A stretch of 64,000 nucleotides of DNA from Verrucomicrobiales bacterium. GTDB lineage: Bacteria; Verrucomicrobiota; Verrucomicrobiia; Verrucomicrobiales; V1-33. Positions 29,901 to 41,600 of the stretch are shown piece by piece. Location: positions 64,001-128,000 of the forward strand of contig JANOAV010000087.1 in NCBI GenBank assembly GCA_031411295.1, read 5' to 3'. Position 1 is the stretch's first letter. Each line of letters begins with the position of its first letter. Under the pieces are notes generated by a model that was given only the letters and a program-made list of their open reading frames with translations, made no database searches and was not told the origin of the DNA. A program made the position numbers and the translations under genes.

Positions 29901-30750
29901 CGAGCGGGAAATGAACTTGGACAAGGTGGAATCGGGCGACGAAGTCGAGTCCGGCATCATCAAGGAAGTGAAGGTCTTTATTGCCGCCAAGCGTAAACTC
30001 GCAGTCGGGGATAAGATGGCCGGACGTCACGGTAACAAGGGCGTTGTCGCCAAGATCGTGCCGGAAGAAGACATGCCCTTCCTCGAAGACGGAACCCCGG
30101 TTGATATCGTGCTGAACCCACTTGGCGTGCCGTCCCGGATGAACGTCGGACAGGTGTTGGAAACGCACTTAGGTGTGGCTGCCAAGGCCCTCGGATTCAA
30201 AGTCGCCACTCCGGTGTTCGACGGTATCCCTGAGTCCCGCATCATGGAATACCTCAAGGAAGCCAAGGAAACGACCGCCTGGAGCTGGATCGGCCTGAAC
30301 GGCAAATCCAAGTTGTATGACGGACGCACCGGGGACTCCTTCCACCAGGAGGTGGTTGTCGGCTACATCTACATGCTGAAGCTCGGACACTTGGTGGCCG
30401 ATAAGATTCACGCCCGTGCCGTGGGCCCCTACAGCCTCGTTACCCAGCAACCGCTCGGTGGTAAGGCCCAGTATGGTGGTCAGCGTTTCGGGGAAATGGA
30501 AGTGTGGGCGCTGGAAGCCTATGGTGCCGCTTATACGCTGCAGGAATTGCTCACCGTCAAATCCGACGATGTCCAAGGCCGCACGCGCATTTACGAATCC
30601 ATCGTCAAGGGGGACAACAACCTCGAAGCCGGCACCCCGGAATCCTTCAACGTGCTCATCAAGGAAATGCAGTCCCTCGGCCTCGACGTCAAAGTCGGTT
30701 CCAAGGCTGCTGAACAAGATGCCGCAATTTTACAAGCACTGGGTGCCTAG
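26917..30750 (+). CDS. rpoB: RNA polymerase beta subunit
   Basis: [65 protein letters not shown]. Confidence 0.99.
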   Translation: MSERINFGKLTEVIEPPNLIEVQINSYKEFLQQDVPPSKRIMVGLQSVFKEVFPIDSYDQKTVLNFSHYEVGEPKLSAYEAQREGETYSAPLYVTFTLRDEAGTKEERVYMGELPLMTERGTFAINGAERVVVSQLHRSPGIAFEENQHLNGKMLHGFRIIPDRGSWLEVQFDTNDLLYVYLDRRRRRRKFLVTTFLRCIGFPTDADIIKQFYKVEDIKLKAALADEEILASKMIFTDILDGENVIAKAYEPITPAVIQQLIDLGHKSISVIEVPPDDTLIKSLKKDPAKDEEGALKDIYKRLRPGDPPTIPNAKALLKRLFFDPKKYDLTRVGRYKLNQKLGLKVDQDMRILTNEDFLASLRYLLRLRRNEGVLDDIDHLGSRRVRAVGELLANQCRVGLSRTERLVKERMTLFDVNMEGMTPQKLINPKALSAVVRDFFGRSQLSQFMDQINPLAELTHKRRLSALGPGGLNRDRAGFEVRDVHPSHYGRICPIETPEGPNIGLINSMSSFARINEFGFIETPYRKIIDGLVGKKIDYLTADQEENHYIAQANNPIGEDGHFTNKRLTVRYRGEFLEMEPKDVAYMDVSPKQVISVAASMIPFLEHDDANRALMGSNMQRQGVPLLMAEAPLVGTGIEAKAARDSKAVAISESKGIVAASTAEVIIVTKDGKLPCTDSEFLGNPFCVKHNPAKEIFVYPLRKFMRSNAGTCINQRPIVRRGDKVKEGQVIADGPCTDNGELALGRNVLVAFMPWNGYNFEDAIAISAKVVKEDIYTSIHIEEFEVSARDTKLGPEEITRDIPNVGEEALKNLGADGVVRIGAEVRPGDILVGKITPKSETELAPEERLLRAIFGEKAADVKDTSLRVPSGCMGIVMDVRMASRKDANKERVSQAEQRKQLKTIEEEYKTKRDELIDALTEKLSEHLLNEKIPLDVVNAQTGEIIIPANKKITKTLLNKMAQEHDHIEIDPSPVRNKIFDITGAFETKFAELDDEREMNLDKVESGDEVESGIIKEVKVFIAAKRKLAVGDKMAGRHGNKGVVAKIVPEEDMPFLEDGTPVDIVLNPLGVPSRMNVGQVLETHLGVAAKALGFKVATPVFDGIPESRIMEYLKEAKETTAWSWIGLNGKSKLYDGRTGDSFHQEVVVGYIYMLKLGHLVADKIHARAVGPYSLVTQQPLGGKAQYGGQRFGEMEVWALEAYGAAYTLQELLTVKSDDVQGRTRIYESIVKGDNNLEAGTPESFNVLIKEMQSLGLDVKVGSKAAEQDAAILQALGA

Positions 30751-30757
30751 AACTCCA

Positions 30758-30788
30758 GATCGGTCCGATCTGAGTGATCGGGCTGATC
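30758..30788 (+). repeat. 9-bp-period repeat (GATC-N5 x4) in the rpoB-rpoC spacer
   Basis: GATC at 30758, 30767, 30776 and 30785. Confidence 0.7.
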
Positions 30789-30823
30789 CCCCATTCATCA
30801 ATCTTAAATCTTAATTCATCAAT

Positions 30824-33800
30824 ATGAGCACTGACACACACGTCCGCGAATTATTCGGTGGCGATGCCCGCCCCCAGGGCTTCGACCACGTCGCAATCAC
30901 CGTGGCCAATCCGGAAACCATCCGGTCCTGGTCCAAGGGCGAAGTCAAGAACCCGGAAACCATCAATTACCGCACGTTCAAACCCGAAAAAGGTGGTTTG
31001 TTCTGCGAGCGCATCTTCGGGCCCACGCGGGACTGGGAATGTTCCTGCGGTAAATACAAGCGCATCAAACACAAGGGCGTCGTCTGCGACCGTTGTGGCG
31101 TTGAAGTTACTCTGAGCCGCGTCCGTCGCGAGCGCATGGGCCACATCGAACTGGCCGTGCCTGTGACCCACATTTGGTTCTACAAATGTATGCCCAGCCG
31201 TCTCGGTCTGGCTCTGGACATGACCGCCCGCCAGTTGGAGCGCGTCATTTACTATGAAGATTATTTGGTGACCGACCCCAAGAAGTCCCCTCTCGTCAAA
31301 GGCCAACTGCTAACGGAAGTCGAATTCCGTGAAGCCGAAGAGCAATATGGCGAAGAAGGCTTCGTGGCCGGGATGGGTGCTGAAGCGGTGCAGAAATTGC
31401 TCGCCAGCGTCAACCTCCCCGAACTGGTCGTAGAGTTGCAAGAAGCCATGACCCGCACCCGCTCCAAGCAAGTGCGGAAGAAGCTGGCCAAACGCCTCAA
31501 GCTGGCGCAAGGTTTCCACAGCTCCAAGAGCCGTCCGGAATGGATGGTCATGGAAGTGCTCCCCGTCATCCCACCAGACCTTCGTCCGCTCGTGCCGCTG
31601 GAAGGTGGCCGTTTCGCGACTTCCGATTTGAACGACCTCTATCGTCGCGTCATCAACCGGAACAACCGTTTGAAGAACCTCCTGCAACTGAAGACGCCCG
31701 ACGTCATCATCCGCAACGAAAAGCGCATGCTCCAGGAAGCCGTCGATGCCCTCTTCGACAACGGTCGCCATGGCCGCGCTGTGACTGGTGCGGGCAATCG
31801 TCCGCTCAAGTCCCTGTCCGACATGCTCAAGGGCAAAGGTGGACGGTTCCGTCAGAACTTGCTCGGTAAACGCGTCGATTACTCTGGTCGTTCCGTTATT
31901 GTTATCGGACCTGAATTGAAACTCAGCCAATGCGGTCTGCCTAAGAAAATGGCGCTCGTGTTGTTTGAACCATTCATCATCCGTCGCTTGAAGGAACTGG
32001 GCCACGTCCACACCGTCCGCTCTGCCAAGAAGATGATCGAACGCCGCACACCGGAAGTTTGGGACATCCTGGAAGAAGTGACCAAGGGCCACCCGATCCT
32101 CCTGAATCGTGCGCCAACACTGCACCGTTTGTCCATCCAGGCATTCGAGCCCGTGCTCATCGAAGGTGATGCGATCCGCGTTCACCCCCTCGTTTGCACA
32201 GCTTACAATGCTGACTTCGATGGTGACCAAATGGCGGTGCACGTTCCGCTTTCCGTGGAAGCGCAGATGGAAGCTCGCTTGCTGATGCTCGCGACCAATA
32301 ACATCTTCTCGCCTTCCAGCGGTAAGCCCGTCAACACGCCATCTCAGGATATTACCCTGGGCATGTATTTCTTGACCCACACCCGCAATCTCCCCACCAA
32401 GGACAAAGTCGAGCCGCGGAAGCCGCTCTTCGAGAACCTCGGAGAAGTCGAGTTTGCCCTGCAGGAAAAGGGCGTCGAGATGCACCAAACGATTCTCTAC
32501 AAGAATCCGGATCGGGGCAAAAACACCCTGTTTGGTGACAACGAAAAGAGCGTCATCGAGACCACCCCAGGTCGTGTTCGTTTCAACGACATCTGGCCTC
32601 CCGCCATGGGCTTCATCAACAAGACCTGTTCCAAGAAGGAACTCTCCGACATCATCTGGCGTTGCTGGCAAGTTGCCGGCAGCGAGGAAACGGTGCTGGC
32701 GCTTGACCGCATGAAGACCCTCGGATTCACCTCCGCCATGATGTCCGGTATTTCCATCGGTATCACCGACATGGTGATTCCAGTGGAAAAGGAAGCCGAA
32801 TTGGCTCGCAGCTACGTCCGGCTCGAAGAAATCGAGAAGCAATTCAAACGCGGCGTCATCACCGATCGCGAGCGCCATAACATGGTCATCGATTTGTGGA
32901 CCCACGCTTCGGATCACATTACCTCCAACCTCTTCCGCACCCTCGAATTCAACGAAGGCAAGAAGAACGCCAATCCGCTCTATCTCATGGTCACCTCTGG
33001 TGCTCGTGGTAACAAGCAGCAGATCAAGCAGTTGGGCGGGATGCGCGGCCTCATGGCCAAACCTTCCGGTGAAATTATCGAACGCCCGATTACCTCCAAC
33101 TTCCGCGAGGGTCTGACCGTTCTCGAATACTTCATCTCCACCCACGGTGCTCGTAAGGGTCTCTCCGATACCGCTTTGAAGACCGCTGACTCCGGATACA
33201 TGACGCGGAAACTCGTCGATGTGGCCCAGGACGTCATCGTTTACGAAGAAGATTGTGGCACCAGCAATGGCATTCACGTCGGCTCCATTTACGAAGGTGA
33301 CGAAGAAATCGTGGACCTCAAGACCCGGATCTACGGACGCGCTTCGGGCGAGTCCATCAAGGACCCCGTCACCAAGGAATCCATCGTCAAAGCCGGTGAC
33401 GTCGTCACGGAGAAACAAGCGATCCGCCTGATGCAAATCGGCGTGGAGCAAATGAAGATTCGTTCCGTGCTTACCTGCGAAAGCAAGCGTGGTTGCTGTG
33501 CGACCTGTTACGGCCTGCACCTCGGCACCGGCTACCGGGTCAACGTGGGCGAAGCGGTCGGCATTATTGCCGCCCAGTCCATCGGTGAACCAGGAACGCA
33601 GCTCACCATGCGGACGTTCCATACGGGTGGTGCGGCTTCTGGTGCGTTCAAACAACCAATCGTCAAAGTCAAAGTCGGCGGCACCGTTCGTTACAACGAT
33701 CTGCGCACCGTTAAGGGCATCGATGGCAACTGGGTGGTCCTCACCAAGAACGGCTCCCTCACCATCCATGATGATGACGGCAAGGAAATCGAAGGACACA

Positions 33801-34963
33801 AACTCGTCATCGGATCCATCATTTACGTGGCGGACGGAGCGAAGATCAAGAAGGGCGAAACGCTCGTCACTTGGGAACAACACGCCGTCCCCGTGATTAC
33901 GGAGAAAGAAGGCCGCGTTGATTTCCGCGACATGATCCAAGGCATCACCCTCGGTAAATCCGCCGATAAAGGCAGCGACACCCTCGTCGTCCTCGAACAC
34001 AAAGAAGACCTGCACCCGCAGATCGTTATTGTGAACAAGAAGACCAAGGAAGTCCTCGCCAGTTACACCATTCCCGCAGGCGCCAACCTCATCGTCAAAA
34101 AAGGCGACGACGTGGCGGCCGGCACCATCTTGGCCAAGACGCCGCGTAAGGCGTCCAAAGCCAAGGACATTACGGGTGGTCTCCCCCGGGTGGCCGAACT
34201 CTTCGAAGCCCGGAAACCCAAAGATCACGCGGAAATCGCCAAGATTGACGGGATCGTTTCCCTCGGCGGCTTAGTGCGCGGCAAACGCAAAGTCATCGTG
34301 ACCGATACGGAAACCGGAGAAGAGGAAGAACACCTCGTCCCTCGTTCCAAGCACATCATCATGTTCGACGGAGACCTCGTCAAGAAGGGCGACCAACTCA
34401 CCGAAGGTCCCGTCGTGCCGCATGAAATTCTGGAGATCCTTGGGCCACACCAACTGCAAGAACACTTGGTCAACGAAGTGCAGGAAGTTTACCGCCTGCA
34501 AGGGGTTGAAATCAATGACAAGCACATTGAAATCATCATCCGCCAAATGCTCCGCAAAGTCAAAATCAGCGATCCCGGTGATACCGAGTTCCTCTGGGGT
34601 GACCAAGTCGAGCGTCTGGACTTCGAAGAGGTCAATCGTCACATCACCGAGCAAGGTGGTAAGCCTGCCGAAGGCGAGCCCGTCCTGCTGGGGATCACCA
34701 AGGCCTCCTTGGAGACCGACAGCTTCATCTCTGCCGCGTCCTTCCAAGACACCACCCGTGTGCTCACCGATGCTGCCACCCTTGGCAAAATCGACGTCCT
34801 GCGCGGCTTCAAGGAAAACGTCATCATGGGTCACCTCATTCCGGCCGGCACTGGCTTCCACATTCACAAGGAAATCCGCGTGCATGAAAACAACCAAGCC
34901 CCCGGCAAAGACGGCCTAGACGAAATCGACGACGAAGCCGACATCCTCCTGGAAAACGCCTAG
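30824..34963 (+). CDS. rpoC: RNA polymerase beta' subunit
   Basis: [13 protein letters not shown], zinc-finger cysteines, catalytic [31 protein letters not shown]. Confidence 0.99.
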   Translation: MSTDTHVRELFGGDARPQGFDHVAITVANPETIRSWSKGEVKNPETINYRTFKPEKGGLFCERIFGPTRDWECSCGKYKRIKHKGVVCDRCGVEVTLSRVRRERMGHIELAVPVTHIWFYKCMPSRLGLALDMTARQLERVIYYEDYLVTDPKKSPLVKGQLLTEVEFREAEEQYGEEGFVAGMGAEAVQKLLASVNLPELVVELQEAMTRTRSKQVRKKLAKRLKLAQGFHSSKSRPEWMVMEVLPVIPPDLRPLVPLEGGRFATSDLNDLYRRVINRNNRLKNLLQLKTPDVIIRNEKRMLQEAVDALFDNGRHGRAVTGAGNRPLKSLSDMLKGKGGRFRQNLLGKRVDYSGRSVIVIGPELKLSQCGLPKKMALVLFEPFIIRRLKELGHVHTVRSAKKMIERRTPEVWDILEEVTKGHPILLNRAPTLHRLSIQAFEPVLIEGDAIRVHPLVCTAYNADFDGDQMAVHVPLSVEAQMEARLLMLATNNIFSPSSGKPVNTPSQDITLGMYFLTHTRNLPTKDKVEPRKPLFENLGEVEFALQEKGVEMHQTILYKNPDRGKNTLFGDNEKSVIETTPGRVRFNDIWPPAMGFINKTCSKKELSDIIWRCWQVAGSEETVLALDRMKTLGFTSAMMSGISIGITDMVIPVEKEAELARSYVRLEEIEKQFKRGVITDRERHNMVIDLWTHASDHITSNLFRTLEFNEGKKNANPLYLMVTSGARGNKQQIKQLGGMRGLMAKPSGEIIERPITSNFREGLTVLEYFISTHGARKGLSDTALKTADSGYMTRKLVDVAQDVIVYEEDCGTSNGIHVGSIYEGDEEIVDLKTRIYGRASGESIKDPVTKESIVKAGDVVTEKQAIRLMQIGVEQMKIRSVLTCESKRGCCATCYGLHLGTGYRVNVGEAVGIIAAQSIGEPGTQLTMRTFHTGGAASGAFKQPIVKVKVGGTVRYNDLRTVKGIDGNWVVLTKNGSLTIHDDDGKEIEGHKLVIGSIIYVADGAKIKKGETLVTWEQHAVPVITEKEGRVDFRDMIQGITLGKSADKGSDTLVVLEHKEDLHPQIVIVNKKTKEVLASYTIPAGANLIVKKGDDVAAGTILAKTPRKASKAKDITGGLPRVAELFEARKPKDHAEIAKIDGIVSLGGLVRGKRKVIVTDTETGEEEEHLVPRSKHIIMFDGDLVKKGDQLTEGPVVPHEILEILGPHQLQEHLVNEVQEVYRLQGVEINDKHIEIIIRQMLRKVKISDPGDTEFLWGDQVERLDFEEVNRHITEQGGKPAEGEPVLLGITKASLETDSFISAASFQDTTRVLTDAATLGKIDVLRGFKENVIMGHLIPAGTGFHIHKEIRVHENNQAPGKDGLDEIDDEADILLENA

Positions 34964-35004
34964 CAAAAGCAAAGTGGCACGGGCGTCCCGCCCGTAAGCC
35001 AACA
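34694..35004 (+). repeat. Left copy of the 311-bp direct repeat (rpoC 3' end plus 41 bp downstream)
   Basis: Aligns without gaps to 45539-45849 with 7 substitutions. Confidence 0.95.
34974..34995. repeat. REP-like palindrome GTGGC-ACGGGCG-TCC-CGCCCGT (second copy at 45819-45840)
   Basis: GTGG start followed by a GC-rich hairpin just after the rpoC stop. Confidence 0.55.
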
Positions 35005-35018
35005 ACAACATCACGCCA

Positions 35019-35046
35019 ACGGGCGGCCTCGCAAGAGGCCGCCCGT
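35019..35046 (+). terminator. GNRA-capped hairpin after rpoC (terminator-like)
   Basis: ACGGGCGGCCTC-GCAA-GAGGCCGCCCGT, perfect 12-bp stem; no real U-tract. Confidence 0.55.
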
Positions 35047-35160
35047 AATGCGTGATGCAGTAGGATCGAACAGGCTCCCCGAGCGTTGGCTTGTAACCCA
35101 CGCACAATACTCACCATTTACCTAGCGAGATGAATTGCCCGTGCTATTGAGTAAACTAGT

Positions 35161-38100
35161 ATGCCAGTGATTTTTGACAATATTGAGACCCCGTTTTTGC
35201 CCGCGATACGCAGTGCGCTGGAAGCCTCATTTCGTGGTGACTTTTGCGTGGGTTATTTTAATTTGCGCGGGTGGCGACATTTAGCGGACGCGGTGGACCT
35301 GTGGCCCGGCGGGGAGGGAAACGCTGCGCGGATACTTGTGGGTATGTCACGCCAAACAGAGCGGGATCTAGCGATTCTCTTCGGATCGAGGCATGAGGAT
35401 CGCATCGACAATCGAAGTGCCCTCAAGCTACGCAAACAAATCGTAACGGAGTTCCGACGACAACTTACCATTGGGCTACCCACTGATGCTGATCAGGCTG
35501 GGCTGCTAAATCTGGCCCGTCAACTCAGAGAAAAGAAAGTCGTAGTGAAGCTCTTCCTCCGCTACTCACTGCACGCCAAGCTCTACCTCGCGCACCGGGA
35601 GGACGCTTTCCATCCGGTCATCGCATATCTGGGCAGTAGCAACCTTACGTTCTCCGGCCTCTCCGGGCAGGGGGAACTCAACATTGACGTGATGGATGGA
35701 GATGCTGCAAAGAAGCTTTGCTCATGGTTTAACGATCGATGGGATGATGCTTGGTGCTTGGACATCTCCGAGGATTTGGCCCAGCTCATCGAGGAAAGCT
35801 GGGCTAGCGAGGCTACCCCTCCATGGCATATTTATTTAAAAATCGCGTGGCATCTTTCACGTGACGCGCGCGATGGAAATCAAGAGTTTCGCCTGCCTGC
35901 CGACGTGGCCCATGACCTCATGCCCTTTCAGACTAACGCCGTCAAACTAGCCTGCCGTCATCTTAACAAGCGCGGCGGAGTCCTGGTTGGGGACGTGGTT
36001 GGCTTGGGGAAAACTCGCATTGCCTCCGCTATCGCCCGTGTCATAGGCGACGATCACTTTCTGGAAACTTTGATTTTGTGCCCCAAGAATTTGAAAACGA
36101 TGTGGGAGGATTACGCGCATCGCTATAAATTTCGGGCCCACCGCGTCATGAGTCATAGTGAAGTGCTACGCGATCTTAACGATGATTTTCCCCGCTACCG
36201 CTTGGTAATCATTGATGAATCACACAATTTCCGCAATCGCGAAGGCCGCACCTACCAGGCCATCCGTGCCTATTTGGAGAGAAATGAATCTAAGGTTGTG
36301 CTTCTAAGCGCCACTCCTTATAACAAGACCTACCTTGATTTAGCTAGCCAGTTGCGTCTCTTCGTGCCAGAGCAAAAGGACATTGGCATCCGTCCAGAAA
36401 TTTTGCTACAAGAAATGGGAGACAGCCAATTCAGCCTTAAGCATCCCAATATCCCGTTGTCCTCACTAGCCGCGTTTGAGGAGAGCGAGCACCCGGATGA
36501 CTGGCGGGAAGTGATGCGTTTATTCATGGTCCGCCGCACGCGTAGTTTCATCATCCGCAACTACGCTGAGCTTGATGCTGCCACGGGCCGTGCATTTCTC
36601 ACCTTGCCCGGTGGCGTGCGTGTTTATCTTCCAGAGCGGAAACCTTGCACCATTAAGTTCCGCTCGGACCCCGATGACCCGGGCGATCCCTACGGGCGCC
36701 TCTTGCGTCCAGAAGTGGTTGATATTATCGACGGCCTTGAGTTACCGCGCTACGGCTTGGCTATTTACAAAAAGAAGAAACTCCCCACCGACCTATCCGC
36801 AGCGGAGTTGCGTCTGATGGACGATCTCACACGCGCTGGGAAACGCCTCAAAGGATTCTGCCGCACCAATCTCTTTAAGCGGTTGGAAAGCTCTGGCGAA
36901 GCCTTTCGCCTTTCCCTCCACCGACACGTCCTACGTAATTATCTCTTCCTCCACGCTTTGCAAAATAGTCTGCCAATCCCCATCGGTCAGCAAGGCGCGG
37001 AGTTATTGGACACCCGCTTTAATGATAACAGCGAGGGCGAACTCAATTTAGAAGATGAAGAAGAACCACTGCCACCGGCAGGGAAATGGACCACTGATGA
37101 CTTCCAGCGCCAAGCGGGCGACCTCTACGAATTTCTTAGCACCAAGAAAAAGAAGTCCTTCCGCTGGCTGCGTTCAGACGTCTTTGAAAAGAAACTTAGC
37201 ACCTATCTTCGAGCCGATGCTGACGCCCTCCACGGCTTGCTAGAAGGAATGAAGAACGCGACTACGGAGCATGACTTCAAGCTCCAGAAATTAGTGGATC
37301 TGCTCACCACTCACCGTGATCGCAAATTTCTCATCTTTACCCAGTTTGCCGATACTGCACTCTACCTGCGAGATTCCCTACTTAGCGCTGGCTTGGATCA
37401 GTTAGACTGCGCCACCGGCCAATCCGAAAATCCTGCTGCCCAAGCCTGGAAATTCTCACCCGAGTCCAATCATAAACTCAAGGAACACCCAGCGGGGAAA
37501 CAAACTCGCATCCTCATCGCCACAGATGTGCTCTCCGAAGGCCAAAATCTGCAGGATGCCTACTGCGTGGTAAACTATGATTTACCCTGGGCTCTCATCC
37601 GACTTATCCAGCGTGCAGGCCGCGTGGATCGCATTGGGCAGAAGGCCGATGTCATCAACTGCTACTCCTTTTTCCCGTCGGATGGCGTGGAGAAAATCAT
37701 CAAACTCCGCCAGCGCTTGCTACATCGTCTCCACCAGAACGAAGAAGTCGTAGGCTCAGATGAATCTTTCTTTGAAGACCAAACTGCCGAAGATGAGAAC
37801 GGCTTAGGAAACCTTTACAACGAAAAATCCGGCGTGTTAGACGAGCCAGATGATGACGAAGTGGACCTCACCTCCGAGGCCTACGAAATCTGGGCCGCCG
37901 CCATCAGGGCAGACCCCACCATCCGCGAGAAAATAGAAAACCTCCCCGATGTCGTATACTCCACCAAACCCCACACACCTGATCCCGAGCGCCCCGCCTT
38001 CACCCCGCCCGGCGTTTTAGTCTATGTCCGCACTGCGCAGGAAAATGATGCGCTTCTGTGGCTGGACGAAACAGGCCAACCCGTGACGGAATCTCCCGTC

Positions 38101-38541
38101 CGCGTTCTCCGGGCCGCTGCCTGCCAACCAGATACGCCCGCTCTAGCCCGTCGCGCAGACCATCATTCCCTCGTCGGCAAAGCCCTCCATCACGTCCACG
38201 AAGAACGCCAGCATACCCAGACCGGCCAACTAGGCCGCAGGACCGGAGCCCGCTACCGGGCCTACGAACGGCTCAATGAATTCCTCCGCCACCGCCAGGG
38301 CGATCTCTTCCTTACAGACCACGTCCGTTCAGCCATCCAAGCCATCTACGACCACCCCCTCACCACCGAAGCCGCAGACAAACTCAACCGCCAACTCCGC
38401 TTAGGCATTTCGGATGACGACCTTGCAGACCTAGCCACAGGCCTCCACCGTGACGATCGCCTAGTCTTAGTCAACCTCCACGATCCTGGCCTGCGGGAGC
38501 CGCACATTCTGTGCTCCATGGGACTATCTACCCCAGAATGA
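35161..38541 (+). CDS. PLD-nuclease-domain / SNF2-like helicase fusion (restriction-type)
   Basis: N-terminal PLD motifs LHAKLYL and GSSNLT..GL; helicase motifs DVVGLGKT, IIDESHN, LSATP, EGQNLQ, QRAGRVDRIGQ. Confidence 0.9.
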   Translation: MPVIFDNIETPFLPAIRSALEASFRGDFCVGYFNLRGWRHLADAVDLWPGGEGNAARILVGMSRQTERDLAILFGSRHEDRIDNRSALKLRKQIVTEFRRQLTIGLPTDADQAGLLNLARQLREKKVVVKLFLRYSLHAKLYLAHREDAFHPVIAYLGSSNLTFSGLSGQGELNIDVMDGDAAKKLCSWFNDRWDDAWCLDISEDLAQLIEESWASEATPPWHIYLKIAWHLSRDARDGNQEFRLPADVAHDLMPFQTNAVKLACRHLNKRGGVLVGDVVGLGKTRIASAIARVIGDDHFLETLILCPKNLKTMWEDYAHRYKFRAHRVMSHSEVLRDLNDDFPRYRLVIIDESHNFRNREGRTYQAIRAYLERNESKVVLLSATPYNKTYLDLASQLRLFVPEQKDIGIRPEILLQEMGDSQFSLKHPNIPLSSLAAFEESEHPDDWREVMRLFMVRRTRSFIIRNYAELDAATGRAFLTLPGGVRVYLPERKPCTIKFRSDPDDPGDPYGRLLRPEVVDIIDGLELPRYGLAIYKKKKLPTDLSAAELRLMDDLTRAGKRLKGFCRTNLFKRLESSGEAFRLSLHRHVLRNYLFLHALQNSLPIPIGQQGAELLDTRFNDNSEGELNLEDEEEPLPPAGKWTTDDFQRQAGDLYEFLSTKKKKSFRWLRSDVFEKKLSTYLRADADALHGLLEGMKNATTEHDFKLQKLVDLLTTHRDRKFLIFTQFADTALYLRDSLLSAGLDQLDCATGQSENPAAQAWKFSPESNHKLKEHPAGKQTRILIATDVLSEGQNLQDAYCVVNYDLPWALIRLIQRAGRVDRIGQKADVINCYSFFPSDGVEKIIKLRQRLLHRLHQNEEVVGSDESFFEDQTAEDENGLGNLYNEKSGVLDEPDDDEVDLTSEAYEIWAAAIRADPTIREKIENLPDVVYSTKPHTPDPERPAFTPPGVLVYVRTAQENDALLWLDETGQPVTESPVRVLRAAACQPDTPALARRADHHSLVGKALHHVHEERQHTQTGQLGRRTGARYRAYERLNEFLRHRQGDLFLTDHVRSAIQAIYDHPLTTEAADKLNRQLRLGISDDDLADLATGLHRDDRLVLVNLHDPGLREPHILCSMGLSTPE

Positions 38542-38652
38542 AAAATTGGAGCGGCCAGGGGAGTATTACTCCTCGGGAACGGAGGAGTCCGAACCACACT
38601 AGTCGCTTTCCATTGATGACATTCTAATCTAGCTTGCGCAAATTCTAAATTA

Positions 38653-41600
38653 ATGCCTGTCCGAAAACTAAATACTATCAACGCCCGGAAGCTTCTCCAA
38701 AGTTTCCGGTTTGCAGACCTGTTCATAGAAGAACTCGGATGGCTCAATGCTGCTACTAGCAAAGTCCATCGCCTCACACATGAGGGAACTAAATGGCAGG
38801 CTGTTGAAGTTTCCCACCTCTCCGGCTTCCGCGTTTTTGAAGTCACCCCCGAAGTGCTCAACACCCCCATGCCGGACGCACAGACCCAGATGGCATTGTG
38901 GAAACAAATCGTGCTTCAAAGCATTGAGAATATCGTTATCTTCACAGATCAAGCCCGCACCCAGTCGCTGTGGCTTTGGATGAAGCGGGACGGAAAACGC
39001 ACCATCGCCCGGCGGCATCATTTCATTAAAGGCCAGCCTGGGGACCTTTTTCTATCCCGCTTAGCCGCACTTACCGTGGACATTGCGGAGTTGGATGAGC
39101 ACGGGAATATCCCCATCACAGATACTGCCGAACGCGTCCGCTCCGCCTTGGACATCGAAGCTGTAACCAAGCGCTTCTTCAAAGACTTCCAAGAACAACA
39201 CATCGCCTTTCTGGAACTCATCCATGGCATTAAAGACGACCGCCAACGCCGCTGGTATGCGTCTGTGCTTTTGAATAGGCTCATGTTTATCTGGTTCCTC
39301 CAGGAAAAAGGGTTTCTTGATGGCGGTAACCGCACTTACCTGAGAGACAAATTAGCCATCTCTCAGAAGCAGGAAAAAAACAAATTCTTCCGCCAATTCT
39401 TGAAGGATCTATTTTTTGAAGGGTTTGCCAAGCCGCCAGCCAAGAGGGAATGCTCTAGTGGCATCCCGCTCGGCACCATTCCCTATCTTAACGGCGGCCT
39501 TTTCCTGCCGCATAAACTCGAAGACCCCACCAAGCACCCGAAACTGGATGTGCCGGACGAAGCCTTTGAAAACGTCTTCGCCCTCTTTGCCCGCTATTCC
39601 TGGAGTCTCGATGACACCCCTGGCGGCAAAGACGATGAAATCAATCCCGACGTGCTCGGCTACATTTTCGAGAAATACATCAATCAAAAAGACTTTGGAG
39701 CCTACTACACCCGGCCGGAAATCACCGAATACCTTTGCGAGCAAACCATCCATCAGCTAGTTTTAGATGCTGCCCATGACTACTTGGGAGCCAAGCTCTC
39801 TCCAGCCAGCGCTGCCAAAGTCTCCGCTACCCTCAAGATTGACACCAGCACCCGGTTCGAGTCCATTGCCGATCTGCTTTTCCGGGCTTCGGGGCCGCTT
39901 GTGGGGCATTTGCTGCATACCGTCCTGCCGCGTATGGCCTTGTTGGATCCTGCTTGTGGCTCTGGCGCATTCTTGGTCGCAGCTCTGAAAACATTGCTCA
40001 ATCTTTACACTGGCCTCATCGGCCGGGCGGAGGCGCTCAGCCATCGGCCAGTGCTTCAAGCCATCGAGAAGGAGCGCGCCAAACACAAAGCATCCCTCGC
40101 CTATTGGGTGAAGCGGCGCATCATCACGGATAATCTTTACGGCGTGGACATCATGGAGGAGGCCACAGAAATAGCCAAACTCCGACTTTTCCTAGCCATG
40201 GTTGCCAGTGCAGACACTGCGGATAAATTAGAGCCACTCCCGAACATTGAGTTCAACATCCTCCCTGGAAATTCCCTCCTTGGCCTCCTCCATGTTGACC
40301 CAGCGGCCTTCGACTTATCCAACGGCCCCAGACGTCAGAGCGCCTTGAAACTCAAGACCGCCCCCACCCATGATGAACTGGGCATGGATGTGGAAATCTC
40401 CATCGCCCCCACGGACAAGGAAAAAGCCGCTGCCTACCTAGCTTCCAGACATTCCTCCAAATACGCCGATCTTTTGCGGGAAAAGAACCGCCGCATCGAA
40501 CTCTATAAAAAAGCCGCCGCCGACTATGAGGACCTCCGCTCCGTGCGGGATTCCATCGAAGCCATCAAATCCGAGGCCCGCCTTGTGCTAGACCGCTTGC
40601 TTCTGGAGCAATTCCAAGTGCAAGGCATCCGATTCTCCCAGGCCACCTGGGATGAGAAAAAAGGCACCGAGGGCAAGCCTGAACTACGCAAACTCGCCAT
40701 TTCCGACCTCCGCACAGAAGAAGCCAAGCCGTTCCATTGGGGCTATGAGTTCGATGAAGTCCTCGCTCGTGGCGGTTTCGATGCCATCATCACCAATCCG
40801 CCTTGGGAAATCTTCAAACCGCAAGCTAAGGAATTCTTCGACGACCACTCCGAGATCGTCACCAAGAACAGCATGCGCATTGAGGACTTTGAAAAAGAGA
40901 AAAAGAAAATGCTCAAAGACGAAAGCATTCGCGAGGCATGGTTGGAATACCTCAGCCGCTTCCCGCACCTCAGCGAGTGGTTCCGTTCAGCTCCTCAGTT
41001 TGCCAATCAGATTAGCATCGTCAACGGGCGCAAAGCTGGCACAGACATCAACCTCTACAAACTTTTTACCGAGCAGTGCCTCAACCTCCTACGGCCACAC
41101 GGCTACTGCGGCATCGTCATTCCCAGCGGCATCTATACGGACCTCGGGGCTAAGCAACTGCGCGTCATGCTCATGGAGCAGAATCGCATCACAGGTTTGT
41201 TTGGGTTTGAAAACAGACGCGCGATTTTTGATGGCGTGCATCGTAGTTTCAAATTCATCGTTCTCTCCTGCCGACGCGGAGGTAGGACTGTGAGTTTCCC
41301 TGCTGCCTTCATGCGTTTGGACCCCAAGGAACTCATAGGCTGGCCCGGGCCAGATGCCCTTCCGTTAACTCCAGAACTCATCGCTAGACTGAGCCCGGAT
41401 ACCCTGTCCATCATGGAGTTCCATTCAGCGCTGGACGTGGAAATCGCTGAAAAAATGCTGCGTTATCCGGTGTTGGGAGAAGCGGTTCCTGGGGCGTGGA
41501 AGATATCGTTTACTGCGGAATTCCATATGACAAATGACAGCCATCTATTTCATAATTCACCCGGAAAGAGTAGGATGCCGGTATTTGAAGGAAAGATGAT

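Noticed and set aside
26944..34228. Very long minus-strand ORFs (720, 334 and 972 aa) inside rpoB/rpoC
   Set aside because: Antisense shadows of strongly codon-biased genes; no recognisable motifs.
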